Positions 36,941 to 51,863 of a DNA stretch of 64,000 nucleotides are shown piece by piece. Source of the DNA: Antechinus flavipes (taxonomy: Eukaryota); assembly GCF_016432865.1 (NCBI RefSeq), contig NC_067400.1, forward strand, positions 576,910,001 through 576,974,000, written 5' to 3'. The position numbers and the translations under genes were made by a program. The notes beneath the pieces are model-generated. The model was given only the letters and a program-made list of their open reading frames with translations. It searched no databases and was not told where the DNA came from. How positions within the stretch are numbered: position 1 is the first letter of the stretch; each line of letters opens with the position of its first letter.

Positions 36941-39900
36941 CCTCCTTAGCTTTTTTGTGCCTGGTAATGAAGGAAATTGTTTTGCATCGCTACTTATTTG
37001 TAATGATTTCGATTTTTATTGTCCATTGAAATAAAAATAAAATAGCATGGAATTTTTAAAATATGTCTCATGGATTTCCCCTTCCCCCTCAAAAAAATTG
37101 AATACAGACCAGCCTTCCATTTTATAAAAGGAACCTAATTGGGAGTGGAGAGCAAGTGGAGAGTTTTTTGGTAGGAGATCTGGGATTTGAACCCAGGCCC
37201 TTTAACTCCAAATCTAGTGCCCTTGCCGTCATACTGTATCTCCTGTCTTCCATGATTGTAGATTTGATTTGAATTGGATAAATCCTATTTATGAAGCACT
37301 TTTCAACTTAGGTGAGATGCTGTAGGTATTGTTTATAAAACCATCTCACTGTGTCTTCACCACAATCCCTTGAGAAAGGTGGTTAAGAAATATCTCTGTT
37401 TTAGGGGTGAAAATGGAGGCCCCAGAATGTTTCTGTGAGCTAGGGCTTCAGACCAAAAGTAAAGGATCATGGAGGTGGGCTTTGTCTCACCTCCTAATCC
37501 CCCTCCTTCCTACAGAGTAGCTTTGGGATCAGACAGCTGAAGATGGGACCCAGCTCCCCAAATCCCCAAAAGCTCACCCCCAAACCTCCCACTGCTTCCT
37601 TCCCCCCCATAGTAACAAACCTGATCAGAAAGAGGAGTTCTGCTGTACTGGTTTTTCTGTCACTAAACTGTCCAGATGATTTGAGAGCAATGAAGTTGCA
37701 CCTTCCCCTCCTCCCGATTCTGTCCCTTCCAACCAGATTTATTCCCTGGCTTTGTCATTCCCAGAAGCTGTTGTGTGACTGAGACGGGCTCCTTGCCCTC
37801 AGCTGAGTCCCTGCTTTTGAAGAGCTGCTTTCAGACCCCCTGGTCCCATGTTTCAGGGGCTAGGCTGGCTCCAGGTTTTTTGATTCTTCCTAAGTCCCCT
37901 ATCCCGACCTACCTGTCTGAAGGTAGAAGTGGCTGCTAGCCTGGGCAGCTAGTGGAGGGGCTGGGCTAGACAAGGTCCTGAGCTCAGATACCCTTCCCCC
38001 TTTCTCCGTGACTGAGCACAGAAGGCATGGTGGGGACCTCCTCAGGAATCATTCCAGGAGGGGGCTGCACATCTCCAACTGTTACCTTTGCTAAGGTGTG
38101 ATCATCCTGTGGGCCCCTGGCCCCCTCCCCCCTTCACCTAATCCATCATTCTTCCTCCTGGAAGGAATATCTGGAAGCACTTTGAGTTGTCCTTGATGAC
38201 CTTGAAGGGAGGTGGAGGATTCTGTGTGTGGAGCAGACAAGGTCGAGCCTGCCTTGTCCTGGGTCCTGAGGCTAAAGGCCTGGCAGGGAAGTGCTTGACC
38301 CAAGGGTGCTCTGTGCTCTGCTTCTGCATTTAATTAGAACAGGCCTAGAGCCTCAGGTGGTCCTTGCCAGCTCCCCTGCTGGCCAGCTTCCCAACCCCCA
38401 GCTGACTTCCCAGCCCTTGCCCATGATGGGGAGGAGAGGGGGGAAGACACATGATAGCATCCGCCTTCTTGGTTCTTGTAGGGCCCTGGGCTGGGGTCAC
38501 TGTCTTAAAGGCTGCATCCCTCGCCAGGCAATCTCCCTCCTCTCATTAACACACATAAGCTGTTTACTTTCCTGCTGAAGCCTGCTCCCAACGTGAGTCA
38601 TACATAGCCTTAACCCTTCAAGGACCGATTGGGTTTTGGCACCCACTGGGGCCTTTTTCCTGCTGTGGGACGTGGGGGTGAGGGAGGGTCTGCTACTAGA
38701 TGTCACTAGGAACTGTCCTAGAAGGACCCTACTCCCACATTCTTCAGATAAGAACCTGAGACCCAGCCAGCTCCTCACAGCGGGCACCAGGAGGCCTGCT
38801 TGCTCTGCTCTGGGCTTTGGGGGTGAGGGGGAGGGTTTGGAAAATGGAATCTGGAAGTGGGGGATGGGAGGGACTTGGAAAGGAGGATGGTGGGAGAAGA
38901 ATAGGAAGGCTCTGAGGGAAGGAATTATTCAGCCTGCTGCAGAAGAGTTTTGGAAAAAAAAAAAAAAAGCTATAGCTGTTCCCTCTTGCTTGCAAGTTCT
39001 TATCCTGGCATTTAAGGTCCCAAACTGCACCGGTCTACATGTTCTACCTTATCTTGCACTAACCCTTTCCTCACAACCCAGTAAATCAGGAAGTGAGGAC
39101 GATTCTGCTCCTATTTTCTAGACTCAGATAAGCAGTTTGCCAACTATGGCCCAGCTAGTAAGAATCAGAGATATCTCAGGCCGAACTTTGAACTCGGCCC
39201 TTCTGACTCAAGGTCGGCAGTGCTCTGCATCTAACTCTACATCTCGCCCCCTTTTCTTAATCTTCCACCTTCTTCAAGGCCCATCTTGTGTCTCTGCTCC
39301 CGTGAGCCTCCCTCCTGGATTCTGCAAACACCTGCTTCTTCAAAGTGCTGGAGGGGAACTGGGGAAGGGAGAGAAGGAGACAGAGAAAGGGGGAGAGGGG
39401 AAAGCTTAGCAGCTGCTGGGCAAACTCAGCCTCTAAATCTAACATGAACTAGAATGGATGTGCCTTTAAAACGGTAGAAACAATGTGCTGTGCTTTGAAA
39501 TCAGGTGAAGAATGGCCCTTGGAGCTGGGGACATCAGGGAGGAAAGGATTAGGTTTCTGTGGGTGAGGAGAGGTGTAAGCAAAAGCATGGAGGCAAAAAA
39601 GCATTAACCGGTGTCATGGGGACAGAGCCTAGGAAATCAATCCAATAGCTCAGCTTGCAGTTAGGAAACCGAGGCCCACTCACACAGCCAGGAGTAGAAG
39701 AGCCAGGATTCTTGCCGAGACCCTACAAAATGACCTGCTTCCCCGACCACAGCCTGCAGGGCCAGCCCGAGACTCGGGTGGCTAGGAGGCCTTGTCCCCC
39801 TGCCCCACTGGCCTCCTGGGCTTCCGTTTATCTCTTCTCCTTTCCAGATGATAGCCGTCTCTATTCAATGACTGAGGCAAAATGGCCTTATCCACTGGGC

Positions 39901-42900
39901 TTCACCCAGTAAAATAGCCTAAAAGCTACGGTTGAAGGAGAGTGAGATAAGGGTATGCTGAAAAACCTGCCTTGCCTGTTCACCATGGAGCAGTTTATCT
40001 CCTGTGAAATCCCCTCCCCCTGCTTCCCTCCCTTCCCCCTCCCCTCCTCCTTTCCCCTATCATCTTCTAGGTTTTCTGTTTGTGATATGGTGGCAAGAAC
40101 TCAGCTTTGGAGTCAGGACCTTCTCAACCTGGCGGCTGCTTCCTAGCTAGCCCTGTGATTGTGACCCAGTCCCCTCATCCCTTTGCCTCATGTGTGAAAT
40201 AAGGCCTGTGGAATGAGGAGCTGATGCCCAAGTCCTGGTGCTGTGAACTCAGTGGTCTGTAGGACACAAAACCCACCCTCCTCCTCTCAGCAGCAGTGGT
40301 GAGTGTGAGACGGAAGGGCTGGGTTAGGAGATCATCTGTGGGGGCAAGGCCCTGCCCCTTCTTTCTTTAAATTCACCAGCCATCCAACTTTGGTTCATTA
40401 AATGCAAAAATCATGTCTAGCACTTGCTGTGAGTATGGAGCATCTCCCCAGGAGAGCTTCAGAGCCTGGGTGCAGAGGGAAGAGCGAGAATTGGCTTCTG
40501 TGGTCCAGAAGACCACATTCACATCCCAGAACTGCTCCTTGTGACTGGAGTCCTTGGGCCTTGGTTTCTTTATCTGTCAAATAAATTCTCTGTCCATCTT
40601 CCATAACCACCAAGTAATTTTCCTAACTCAGGATTGATGATGTCACCTTCTCCTGTGTTTCCCAATATTCCTCTAGATTCCTTTGTATGGCACCGAAAGC
40701 TGTTCGGCCTGTCTTCCCCCCACTTCCCATCTTCTACATTCCTCCTCCCTCTTGACTCTGAGGTGCAGCCACGGTGGCTACCGCTCCCCATCTTTTCCAG
40801 CCTCCTTCCCTTTGCACTGGCTGACCCCCTGCTCCTCCCCTCTGCCTCCTGGCATCCCTCGCATCCCAGGTCTCAGCTTGCGCACTTTTCCCAGGGTGGG
40901 TCCTCCCTCCCCAACCATTGGCCACGTGTTCTGGCAGTTGGATTGCTTAGCCTGGAAGGGAATAAGTGCTTCAGAGAGCAAATGAATGGGCTGGACTGGG
41001 CGCCTCTAACCTTTTCCAGGTTAGCATCTGGGGTTCCAGCAGAATATGTTTCATCTGGCTCTTCCCTGTCAAAGCTGGTCCTTCCTAGAGTTGCTGGGGA
41101 GTCATTCCTGCCTCAACATGCCCACCTTAGCATTGAGTGGGACGTGTTCTGTGGTTTAGGGAATTCCCAGGGGAAGAAGTTCCTTCTACCAGTGAAGGTC
41201 AGTGGCCTGTACTCAGGGTCACCTGGGAGCAGTATATGTCAGATGGGACTTGAATTTGGAGCTATCCTGGCCTTCCTCTCCATCACCCCAGGCTACCTCT
41301 CAAGTCTCCAAACCATGATTTAAATTTAGATCCTTAAGATTTCATGGGCAGCTATGTAGCACCACAGCGCATAGAGCGCCAGGCCAGGAAGACCTGGGAA
41401 GTTCCCTCCTCTGGGAAGGAATCTTTGTCAAGAAAGCCCCAGATGGGGTCCCCCAGAGTCAGATGTGACCAAAACAACAGGAAACAGCAACCTTAAGGTT
41501 TCGGAGCTGGGGTGCTTTTGCACTATTCTAGTTGCCACACCAGTTTCCTCGTGGCTCCCTTCTCTCAGTGCAAGGCTTTGGGAGAGGGCTCCATCCCTGA
41601 CATGGAGGTGGGAGCTGTAGCTTTTGGGGGAGCAGAGATGGTCGGAGCCCTGCCAGGCGGAGGACAGGGATTCTGTTCTTGCCAGCTGGATGGCCAAAGA
41701 GGAGGCTTCTCTCTGGAGGCTCAGAGCGGGCCCAGCCTCGACTCCCTGTAGGCCCCTGGTCTCCCTGGCCTACAGCTCTGGGCAGGGCACGTCCCTGGCA
41801 TGGCACTGTGTCAGTGCCAGCTATCCATTGGTGGGAACTGTTGGATGGGGGGGAGGGGGCAGTGAGGTTACTCATTCTACAAATATTGGAGTGCTTACTA
41901 GGTGTAAAAAAAAAGCCCTGGGTGGGGTAGGGCGGGGCAAGGAGCAACGTGGTACTGGGGGAAAGGGTCTGGCTCTGCCCTCAGAGGGCCCAGGCCTGTC
42001 CCCTGCTCTGTCCTTTCCCCCTGGGCCTGGCACAAAGAGCCTACTCTCTCTGGGCCCGTTTCCCCCGCTGGCGAAGCCTGCCAGCTGCCGGTGGGACCCC
42101 TGCTTAGCCCAGGTAACGCTCCCTGCCTGTGTGGCTCTCCCCCACTTGTGGCTCCAACTGCACACACCGAGTGCTTAGTCACCATCTGCTGGAGATAAGC
42201 CGCGGGCACATGCGTCTGTGCCGCCGGCAGAGGAAGTCCGAGGCGGCCGTGATTGGTTCCTGCCAGGCTGGGTGACCTGAGAAGGTTTCCCAGAGGAGGG
42301 GTGGGCAGCAGGAGACCCAGGCCGGCATCAGTGTCTAATAGCAGATGGGGTCAGGGTGGCCCGAGGTGGGAGAAGGGTTGGTCTGCAGTACTCTGGGCCC
42401 CGGGCTCAGTTGGCCCGGCGTAGCCCTGGACTGCCCTGCTGGCCCTCCCCTTATTAGCACCCCCACTCCCCACCCAGAGACCGCTGTTTTCCACCCACAT
42501 TCCTCCAGACAGCTGCCTTGTTGCTGGGGCATTCGAGGCGGAGAGTGAAGAAATGGAATGATTGTGTGGTGCAGGAGTCCCTGGGGCCCGGCTGAGGTCC
42601 CAGAGTGAGCCAGAGCTGGTTCCCCAGGACCCCCTGGGCCCTCCAGGAAGAGCCAGGGGACCGGCCCAGCCCACAGGCATCCCGCCGGCTGGCGGCCACC
42701 AAGCCCAGGACGCCGCTCTGCCTGGGCCACAGTACCCTTCTCTTCCCCCCCTCCCCCCCCCCCCTGGTGTCAGGAGGAGGGATAGAAAACAGTCACCAAG
42801 CAGTCTGGTCCCCTTAGCAACAGAGGCAGTGACGTGAGGGAGGCCCGTGCTGGAGCGTCTTGCTTGCCTCAGCAGATGGAGACGGGAAGGAGATGTAAAT

Positions 42901-45900
42901 AAGCCCTCCTTGCTGAGTGGGAGCAGCTGTGGGGGCAGGATCGGCGAGCTAGTGTTTGGAGAAATCTGTTCCTCGTGGCCAGCTAATTTTTTTCACAATC
43001 ACACCGTCGGGCAGAACGGGAGGGAAAACATCCTCCTGTTCCGCGGCCAAAGACCAAGCCTTGGTAGCCGTTTGAGGAGGGACTGATCCCACTGGGGCCT
43101 TTAATCTGAGACCCGGCAGTGACAAATTTGACCTTGGCTTCTCCCCCTCCCCATGGCACCGCCCCGACGATGGGTGTCCTGAGTTTGGCCACATATCTGG
43201 GCGGAGGTGGGAGGGTCTCACAGACCCAGCCTGGGACACCCATGGCAGGTTTCTGGCTGGGCCCACGGGCCACAGCAAGCGGTGGGATCCAAGCAGCGTG
43301 GCACCTGTGTTCACCCTTTCAGACACCCCTCAGGGAGAGGGAAAGACTGGCAACTGGCACCTCGCCAAGTGCTCTCCCTGATGGGGACCAAGCCGCGTCC
43401 CCGAGAGACACTGGATGATCCCTCCATATTCACAGGGAATTAATGGCCACTGCCGGGATTCAAACACAGGTCTGACTGCGAAGCCAGGGCTTTTCCTGCT
43501 GCACCAAGGACAGACCAGTGCTTGCTTCGCTCCCTGGAAGTGGGAATTCTTAGGCACCAGAAGATCTGGGGAGTTTGGGGATGAGGTCCATGGAAGCCGG
43601 GCTCTCAGAATGCCTCTGTTTCCAGAAGGAGAGGCTGCCCTGTGGCCTGGCCAGAAGGATTCTGAGCAGCCCAGGTACCGGCCGGCCCAGGATGGGGCCT
43701 ATTGGCAGAAGGAAGGTGGCTGTGAGACGAGAGGAGGGTGTGAAGGTAAAGCGTGCCCAGCACGGGTCCTGAGGGCAGGGGTCTGCTCTGGGCAGAACCT
43801 GTGAGTAGGGGAAGGAGTGGGAGGGGTAATGTATGTGAGAGAGACAGAGGGAGACACACCTAGACACAGAAAAAGAGAGACAGACCCAGAGAGGGACAGC
43901 AGAAAGAGAGACAGAGACAGAACTGAAAAGGAAGGCTGCACACTTCAGGCCATTAAGAACAGATGATGGAGCCTCACAGCCCCTCTTGGGAGAGAGGTGG
44001 TGAATAGTGGGTGCAGAAGGAAGCAGGCGTGTTCAGATGCAACCAGTGAAGGGGCTTATTTTGCTTGGTTTAGCTTCTCATTAAAGGGAGATTTTGGAGA
44101 TGGGATAATGGAAAAGTGACAGTTACACTAAAAAGCCCCAGAAACGATTAAAAAGGGGAAAAGAGATTCCATGGAAGGGACACTTGTGTTCATCTTGTGT
44201 AGATGAAGGAGCAGGCCCAGAAAAGTGAAGGGACCTGGTTGGATTCGCAGCAGAGCCTAAATATGGCTCCACGTTGTGTTCCTTCCGCACACCTTCCCAC
44301 AGAACAGCCCTGAAAAGTAGGTGTCCTTATCATCCCCATCTGGGTCGGGAGGAGGGTGACCTGGTCCCCCTGCCTGGGGCTCTCTTCCTCAGCAGAGACC
44401 TAGTGATGCTGACCAGTCCCGGCCTCCCCTCCCGGAGCAGCAGGAAACAGAGGGGTCCAGTGCCTTCAGGCACTGATTAAGGCTCCCTGTGTGTCTGGGA
44501 CTATGCCAGAGGCAATCCCGTGTTCCCAGGACCTGGGAGACACCTCTTGGCCCTGGGGCCCTGGGCCGGGGACTTGACTCTGTAAGCCTGGTTCCCCTCC
44601 TAGGAAATGGGAATGACTAGAACACCCCCTCCCCAGGTGAGGTCACATGAGGTGTTCAGAGCCAGGAGACCTGGCTGTGAGTCCAGGGGCCGGGGCCCGG
44701 AGTGGAGGCTGCCTCGGGTCCCACAGAAAAACTTCAGGGCTACTACTAGGATAAGGTCGGGGCCGCTGCTGGTGGGATCGAGTGCCCCTGAGTCTTTCCG
44801 GCTCTTGGTGTAAGCCCCCCTAGCCTGCCTGGATCCTTTGTGGCAGCTCCAGGGCCTTATCCCTGGACTGGAAGCTCTGTTTTCCCCACAGCCCCAGGGC
44901 TTGCCTGTGGTAACTGCTGCTCTGCAAATAAAATCTGTTAACTGGCATGGATGAGAGCCGCTGTGAGTAAATGAAACATAATAAACGGGAGAGTGTTTTA
45001 TAAAGTCTGAATTGGCCCGCAGAGGTGTGTTAGGTACGGCCTGCTGGGCAGAGGCCCGAAAGCCAGGGCCAAACCCTGGTTGGGCTATCTTAGGCAAGTC
45101 ATTCTCCCTCCCTGAGCCTCAGTTTACCCATCTGTAAAATGAAGGGGGTGGGACTAAACTTCAAGGTCCATTTTAGCCATATCTCCTGTGATTAAAACAA
45201 TCAAAACCAAAAACTCTGAAAGGATAATTTACAAGCCTGGCTTCCAAAAAAGATGAAAAAGCACTTCCTTCCAGGCCAAGGAGCACAGGACGTTGCGTGG
45301 AACATCAGACTAGCTTTGCTGGACTGGGTTGTTTTTTTTCCTTTGTTAGAGGAGATGGCTTTATGGGAGGGAGAATGGGGAGAGATATATTTGGAAACCA
45401 AGGGGCTATTTTGGAGAGATGGAGACTTCTTAAAACTTTCAGTCCTCTGTTCTTATGGCATTGTGGACAGGACAGTACGGTGGAAGACATATTTGATTTG
45501 ATGACCAAGGACACAGGTGCAAATTCTGAGTCTGCCCCCTCCTACCTACACAACTGGCTAAGTCACACCCTCTCGGGTTCCAACTTCCTCTTCTATGCAA
45601 TGAGGAATTGGACTAGATGACCCCGAAGGTCTCCTTGGGCTCTGAGGCTATGAACCTGTAATGATCCATGTTTCATCGGCTCTTATGGCCCTGAAGCCAC
45701 CATCGTCGCCTCTGCCCCCCCAAAAGAGGGGGCTATTTGTCTTGGTCTGGACAATGAAAGGACTTCCCACTTACAGAAGCCGGCACAGCACACAAACAGT
45801 GCCAGAGAGACTTTGGAGGCTCATCTGCAAAAGCGGCAGCTTTCCTTCAAGGCTGGGTAGGAGGCAGGGGAATGGATGTTTTGACCTTGGAATTCCCTTC

Positions 45901-46304
45901 CTATTTAGAAACTGGCACTTGACTCTGGATTCTGGACCTGTGGGGAGACAGGGGAGAGGGAAACCCCTTGCTCCAGACACACTTAAAAGGATCCCAGGTG
46001 TGAGAGGGTTGGGAGGGCTTCAGAGGCAAGTGGGCTGTGCCTGTGACCTCTGACCATGAGGGACAGGAAGGCAGTTCTTGGCCTCCTCAATGGAAAATGA
46101 CTCATCTGCTAAGTGGACCCAAGCCTGGTGCTCTCGGTCTCATCTTCCATGCTCCCTGTTGTTCTCTGGGCCTGGGCAATTTCCAGGCACAGGTTTCCCC
46201 ATGGGCCCTTCCTCTGGACTTGGCTTTCTGGAGAGCTCCCTGCTGTCACGAGCTTTTCCTTCTGTCCAGCAGTGACTGTGTGTGGCCCTTTAATACACAT
46301 AACT

Positions 46305-46560
46305 TCTATTGCATCCTGATCTGAAAAGGAAGCATGACTATTTCTGCCTTCTGCGTTTGACTGTGAGATTACATCCTAAACACGTGGTCAGTTTTGTGTA
46401 GGTGCCGTGTACCACTGAGGAAAAGGTGTGTTCCTTTCTGTCTCTATTCAGTTTTCTCCAGAGATCCAGCAAACCTAACTTTTCTAAGATTCCCTTCACT
46501 CCCTTCACTTCTTTATTTTGTATTAGATTTATCTAGTTCTGAGAAAGGGAGGCTGATTCC
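46305..46560 (-). mobile_element. L1 endonuclease-region fragment
   Basis: Contains tggtcagttttgtgtaggtgccgtgtaccactgaggaaaaggtgtgttcctttctg…ttctccagagatc, homologous to 14230-14330. Confidence 0.65.
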
Positions 46561-46800
46561 AGCAGTGACTTTGGGTTGAATGTGCCAGTTCATAATGGTT
46601 TAAGGCCTGGCTTCAGAGGCTGCCCCAGATGGTCATTAGCTTTTTGACGCTGGGTCACCTCTGCCTGCCTCAGTCTCCCCATCTGTGAAATGAAAGGGTT
46701 TAGCCCTAAACCCATGATCCCGTGATCCCAGCGCCTTCTGTCTTTGCCTCTCTGAGCCTGTTTCCTTGATCCGTGTCTGCCTCCTCATCCCCCTTTTTAG

Positions 46801-47796
<996 letters not shown>

Positions 47797-48565
47797 TGAG
47801 TCAGGGACGGTTTCCCCAAGGGCCCGCAGCAGGACTCACAGCTCTAGAAAAAGACACTGTTTGTGACCATGGGGGTGTGGGAGCTGTCGGGCAGGAAAGA
47901 GCAGGATGGGAAGCAGCAGTGGAGAACCGTCCTGTGCACATGGCGGGGGGGCCGCCGGGGCTTGGGGGCTTTGCTGCCAGTCACAGGCAAGAGCCCCCCC
48001 ACCCCCCCAATCTGGGCAGGGAATGAGGGGTGGATTCGAGAGGGGATAAGCTGAAGGCCCTACGGGAGGCCAGGAGAGAGGAAGCGCAGAATGATGTCGG
48101 GGGGGGGGGGGGAGTCACATCTCTGGGTGTTGTGAGGAGAGGAGGAGGATGGTAGGGTTACCCGAAGGCCTCAGTCACAGCCTTGGGAGCACAGCCTCTC
48201 AATGACCTTTTTCCGAGGAGGGCTGCCCGTGGTGCGTCCTTGCAGAGGCCCTGAAGCTCTCAGAGATAGCGCAAGGCTTGGAATACAGGACCCCCAGTGC
48301 CCAGAGGATCCCACAGGCTACAGCCCTTGACCTGGTCCAGTGAATCTGCACTGTGGGCCTGGGGTGAGGGCACTGATGACAGTCTTAGCCGTCACCTTCT
48401 GGTCTGACTACCAGGGCCCTGCCTGGCGCTGCTCTCTGGGAAGGAGACCCGAAAGCCGGGGGGGGGGGGGGGGGGGGAAGGAGGGGGGCTCCAGAAATGA
48501 GCAACGGCCAATGAAACGTGTCATGAGTAGGTCAGGGGGAGACATGGGCGGGGGAAGGAGGGGGC

Positions 48566-48815
48566 TTGATGCAACAGAGAGAAGAGACAGAGGTACAGAG
48601 AAGAGAGACACACAGAGATCAGAGAGAGATGAGAGAGACAGATCAGAGAGATAAGAGACAGAGACACAGAGATGTAACAGAGACAGGATCACAGAGATGA
48701 GACACACAGATTGGAGAGATGAAAGACACATAGAGATTACAGAGAGATAAAAAAGAGAGACACAAATCAGAGAGATGAGATACAGACACACAGAGATCAG
48801 AGAGAAGAGACAGAA
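48566..48815. repeat. Degenerate (GA/CA)-rich low-complexity tract in intron 2
   Basis: Reads agagacacacagagatcagagagagatgagagagacag… directly. Confidence 0.85.
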
Positions 48816-48829
48816 GGCATGGAAACATT

Positions 48830-49075
48830 ATGATTTCCAAATACTTGAAAGGCTGTCACATAAGAGCGCACATTTTGTGAGACCTCAGTAACAGAGAGAG
48901 GATTAAGGGAAAGATACTCAGAGATGTAACTTTTGCCAGGTTATTTAATGATTAGAGCTGACAGGAGTAGAATGAGCAGCTTTTTGAGGGGGTGAGTTGC
49001 CCATCTTTGATAAGGTGTTCAAGTGAAAAAGGTTCAGTCTCTTGCTAAGGATGCTGAGGGGAGACCCAGAGAGGG
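48830..49075 (+). mobile_element. L3/CR1 3' fragment
   Basis: Contains ttccaaatacttgaaaggctgtcacat…gattagagctg…gtgagttgcccatc…aggtgttcaag. Confidence 0.65.
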
Positions 49076-50674
49076 TGTTTCGAGTATGGCTGGGTCAGCT
49101 GCTTCCCAGTCTCCCAGTGGGAACCCCCCGAGTCACCCATTCTCTGGGGAGAAAGACCTCTCCCTGCTGTCCCCTTCCTGTCTGCTGCAGGAACTGGAGC
49201 ACTCGGGAAGAACATTGGTCTTGGCTGGCCACAGCCTGGACTTCCTCCTGCTCGGAGTTCCGGGCCAGAGCTCTGGCCTTAGGCCTTCCAGGCTGCGCTA
49301 GGCCCCGGGCCTTTGAGCAGGGCTGGACTGTGGAAGCCTAAGGTTCAAGCTTAGCTTAGCCACAGTGAGAGGGGGAAATTGCCCCTGGGGGCATAGGAAA
49401 ATGAATGTGCTTGTGTCCCCAGACACCCCCAGAAGAAATGAGAGAGTTGCTTAGGAAGAGAAAGGTGGGGAGTGCGTAGCCCCAGGGTGGGGGGACTTTG
49501 GTAAGGGGAGGCAGGGACTTTGGGGGCTCAGTCTCTCCTCCCCCTCCCCCGAAGCCACCGTGACTGTGACCAGGAACAGCACAAATAGACAAGAATTTAT
49601 TTGTCAAGTCTGGGGCTTCCAAGCAGATCCCTGCCCAGCTCCCTGCTAACTTCCCCATCTGGGACTGGAGTTGGGAGATGGAGCCTTGAGCAGGTCACCT
49701 GATCCCTCTGTCCGGGGGTAGCGAGACCCCCGGGCAGTCAGTGTCAGGAGGCCTGAGTCTTGGTCACGCGAGGCCATTTCCCCCTCTTTGGCCTGCGTTT
49801 CCTCAGCGGTGACACAGAGAGGAACGGGAGTTATTGCTGCCTTGATTCCACAGCCTTTATGTGCCAGCCTGTGCCCTGGAGAGAGGGCTCCCCAAAGTTG
49901 GGCCTGGGGGATGCTGCCAGAGGGCCGCAGTGAATGGCCAGTCACTCCTGGTCCAAAGCCTGGACTCTGCTCACACAGGCCCTCACTGGGCAAGGTGCTT
50001 AAAACTGCTGGCGCCTCTGGTGTGGAATTAGGCCTCTGTCCTTGTCCCGCAGACTCCTGGCTGTGATTGCTGCCCAGCAGGGAGATTTGGATCCCCAGTC
50101 CAAGCAGCCTGGCCCTAACCAAGCCGCAGGAAATGACCTTTTTACAGGGGAAAGACACAGAAGGACACGGTTAATTCTAAAGCCAGGGTACTCTTGGGTC
50201 GCTCTGTTAACTGGAACCTCACACACACAACTCAGGCAGGCCTCACATTTCCCCTTTTTTAAATATTGCCAGCAGAGACAGACTCAGCCAGTTCCCTTAA
50301 AATGTTTCTATGTATTTTTAAAGGGGGGATAGACCACAACTGAATGTGAGATTACCAGAGAGAAAAAAGTGAGATTAGGGGCAATCCCTCTGGATTTGTG
50401 GTGGCTTCTGGGGATCACAGGACTCCTCTGGAAGAGACTTCAGGGAGTGTCTACAGCTGTTCTACAGATGAGGAACCTTGAACCCCAGAGAGGGGAAATT
50501 ACACGGATAAGGTCACATGGGTAGTCCCCAGGGGAGACTGTTTCAGACTCTCAGTTCATTTCCTGGTAACCTGTACCACCGGGCCTTAGAAGGAGGAAGT
50601 GCCGACTAGATGGCAGGTGAAGGAATGAGCTTTGTTATTGCTGTTGATGTTGATTTTTTTTTCATCTACTTGTA

Positions 50675-50930
50675 CAATGGCTAGAGCTCTCTCAGTGGCA
50701 CTGAGCCTGGAGTCAGGGAGATCTGAGTTCAAATCCAGCTTCAGACACTTCCTAGTTGTCTGGGAGAGTCTTAGACCCTGGGCAAGTCACTTAAGTTCTG
50801 TCTGCCTCTGTTTCCTCATCTGTATAATGGAGATAATAATAGCATCTACCTCTCAGGGTTGTTGAAAGGATCAAATGAGATCATTGTAAAGTGCTTAGCA
50901 CAGTACCTGTATAAATATTTATTCTCTTCA
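50675..50930 (+). mobile_element. MIR SINE
   Basis: Contains ctgagttcaaatccagc…ccctgggcaagtcacttaa…tttcctcatctgtataatggagataataatagcatctacctc…aaagtgcttagcacagtacct. Confidence 0.85.
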
Positions 50931-51143
50931 CTCACTAGGAACAGAATCTAGAGAATCTAGAAGCCATCTGGAAAGAGAATCTTGGAATGGCGGAGCTAGA
51001 AGGGACCCTCGATCATCGAATGTTAAAATAAATGAAATAGTTAATCTAGATGATCCCAGAGATCCATTTTAGCTCTAAATCTACAGAATGTGAAAGCTGT
51101 AAGAGACCTTAAAAAAGTAAATTGTTAGCACTGGGAGGAGCTG

Positions 51144-51430
51144 TAGACCAGAGAATATCAGAGCTGGGAAGGCCCTTAGAATATGAAAAGTCAGAGCTGG
51201 AAGGAACCTTAGAAGCCAGAAAGTCATAGCTGAGGGGCCTTTAGAACCCAGAATGTCAGAGATGGGAGAGATCTTAGAACCCAGATCACAGCTGGAGGGA
51301 AAGACCCTTAGAATCCAAACGGTTGGAGCTAGGAGGGCCCTATGAACTCAGAAAGCTGAGTTGGAACGGATCTTAGAACCCAGAAGGTCATAGCTGGGAG
51401 GGACTTAGAACCTGGAATGTCAGAACTAGA
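51144..51430 (+). repeat. Degenerate 32-34-bp tandem array (at least 8 units) at the end of intron 2, followed by a MIR core
   Basis: Unit starts (TTAGAA-like) at 51176, 51209, 51241, 51274, 51308, 51341, 51373 and 51405. Confidence 0.85.
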
Positions 51431-51612
51431 AATAAAACATCCAATTCTGCTCCCTCATTCTCAGAGAAATATTCAGAAATCCAGCAGGAGAAGATGCTTT
51501 GTCCAAGGTGACAGAGGTAGTGAGTGGCAGAGAGAAGGCCCCAGTGTGGCCCCCTTCCCATCAGAGCAGGCCCCCTGCCCTCTTGGCTGAGCTTTCCCCC
51601 CGGCCTCCCCAG

Positions 51613-51863
51613 GTGCTGTACCATCTCTTTGAAGAATTTGCTGGCATCGACCACGTGACCTTCTTCGACATTGTCCTGGGCTTCCTGAGCTTCTTCGTGG
51701 TCTCTCTGGGGGGGGTGTTTGTGGGGGTGGTCTACGGCATCATCGCGGCCTTCACCTCCCGCTTCACCTCCCACATCCGGGTCATCGAGCCGCTCTTCGT
51801 CTTCCTCTACAGCTACATGGCTTACCTGTCAGCCGAGCTCTTTCACCTGTCCGGCATCATGGC
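51613..51863 (+). CDS. SLC9A1: SLC9A1 coding exon 3 (251 bp): VLYHLFEEF…[11 protein letters not shown]
   Basis: Acceptor ccccag|GTG and donor ATGGC|gtgagt. Phase 0 in, phase 2 out. The peptide lies in ORF 51499..51867. Confidence 0.99.
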
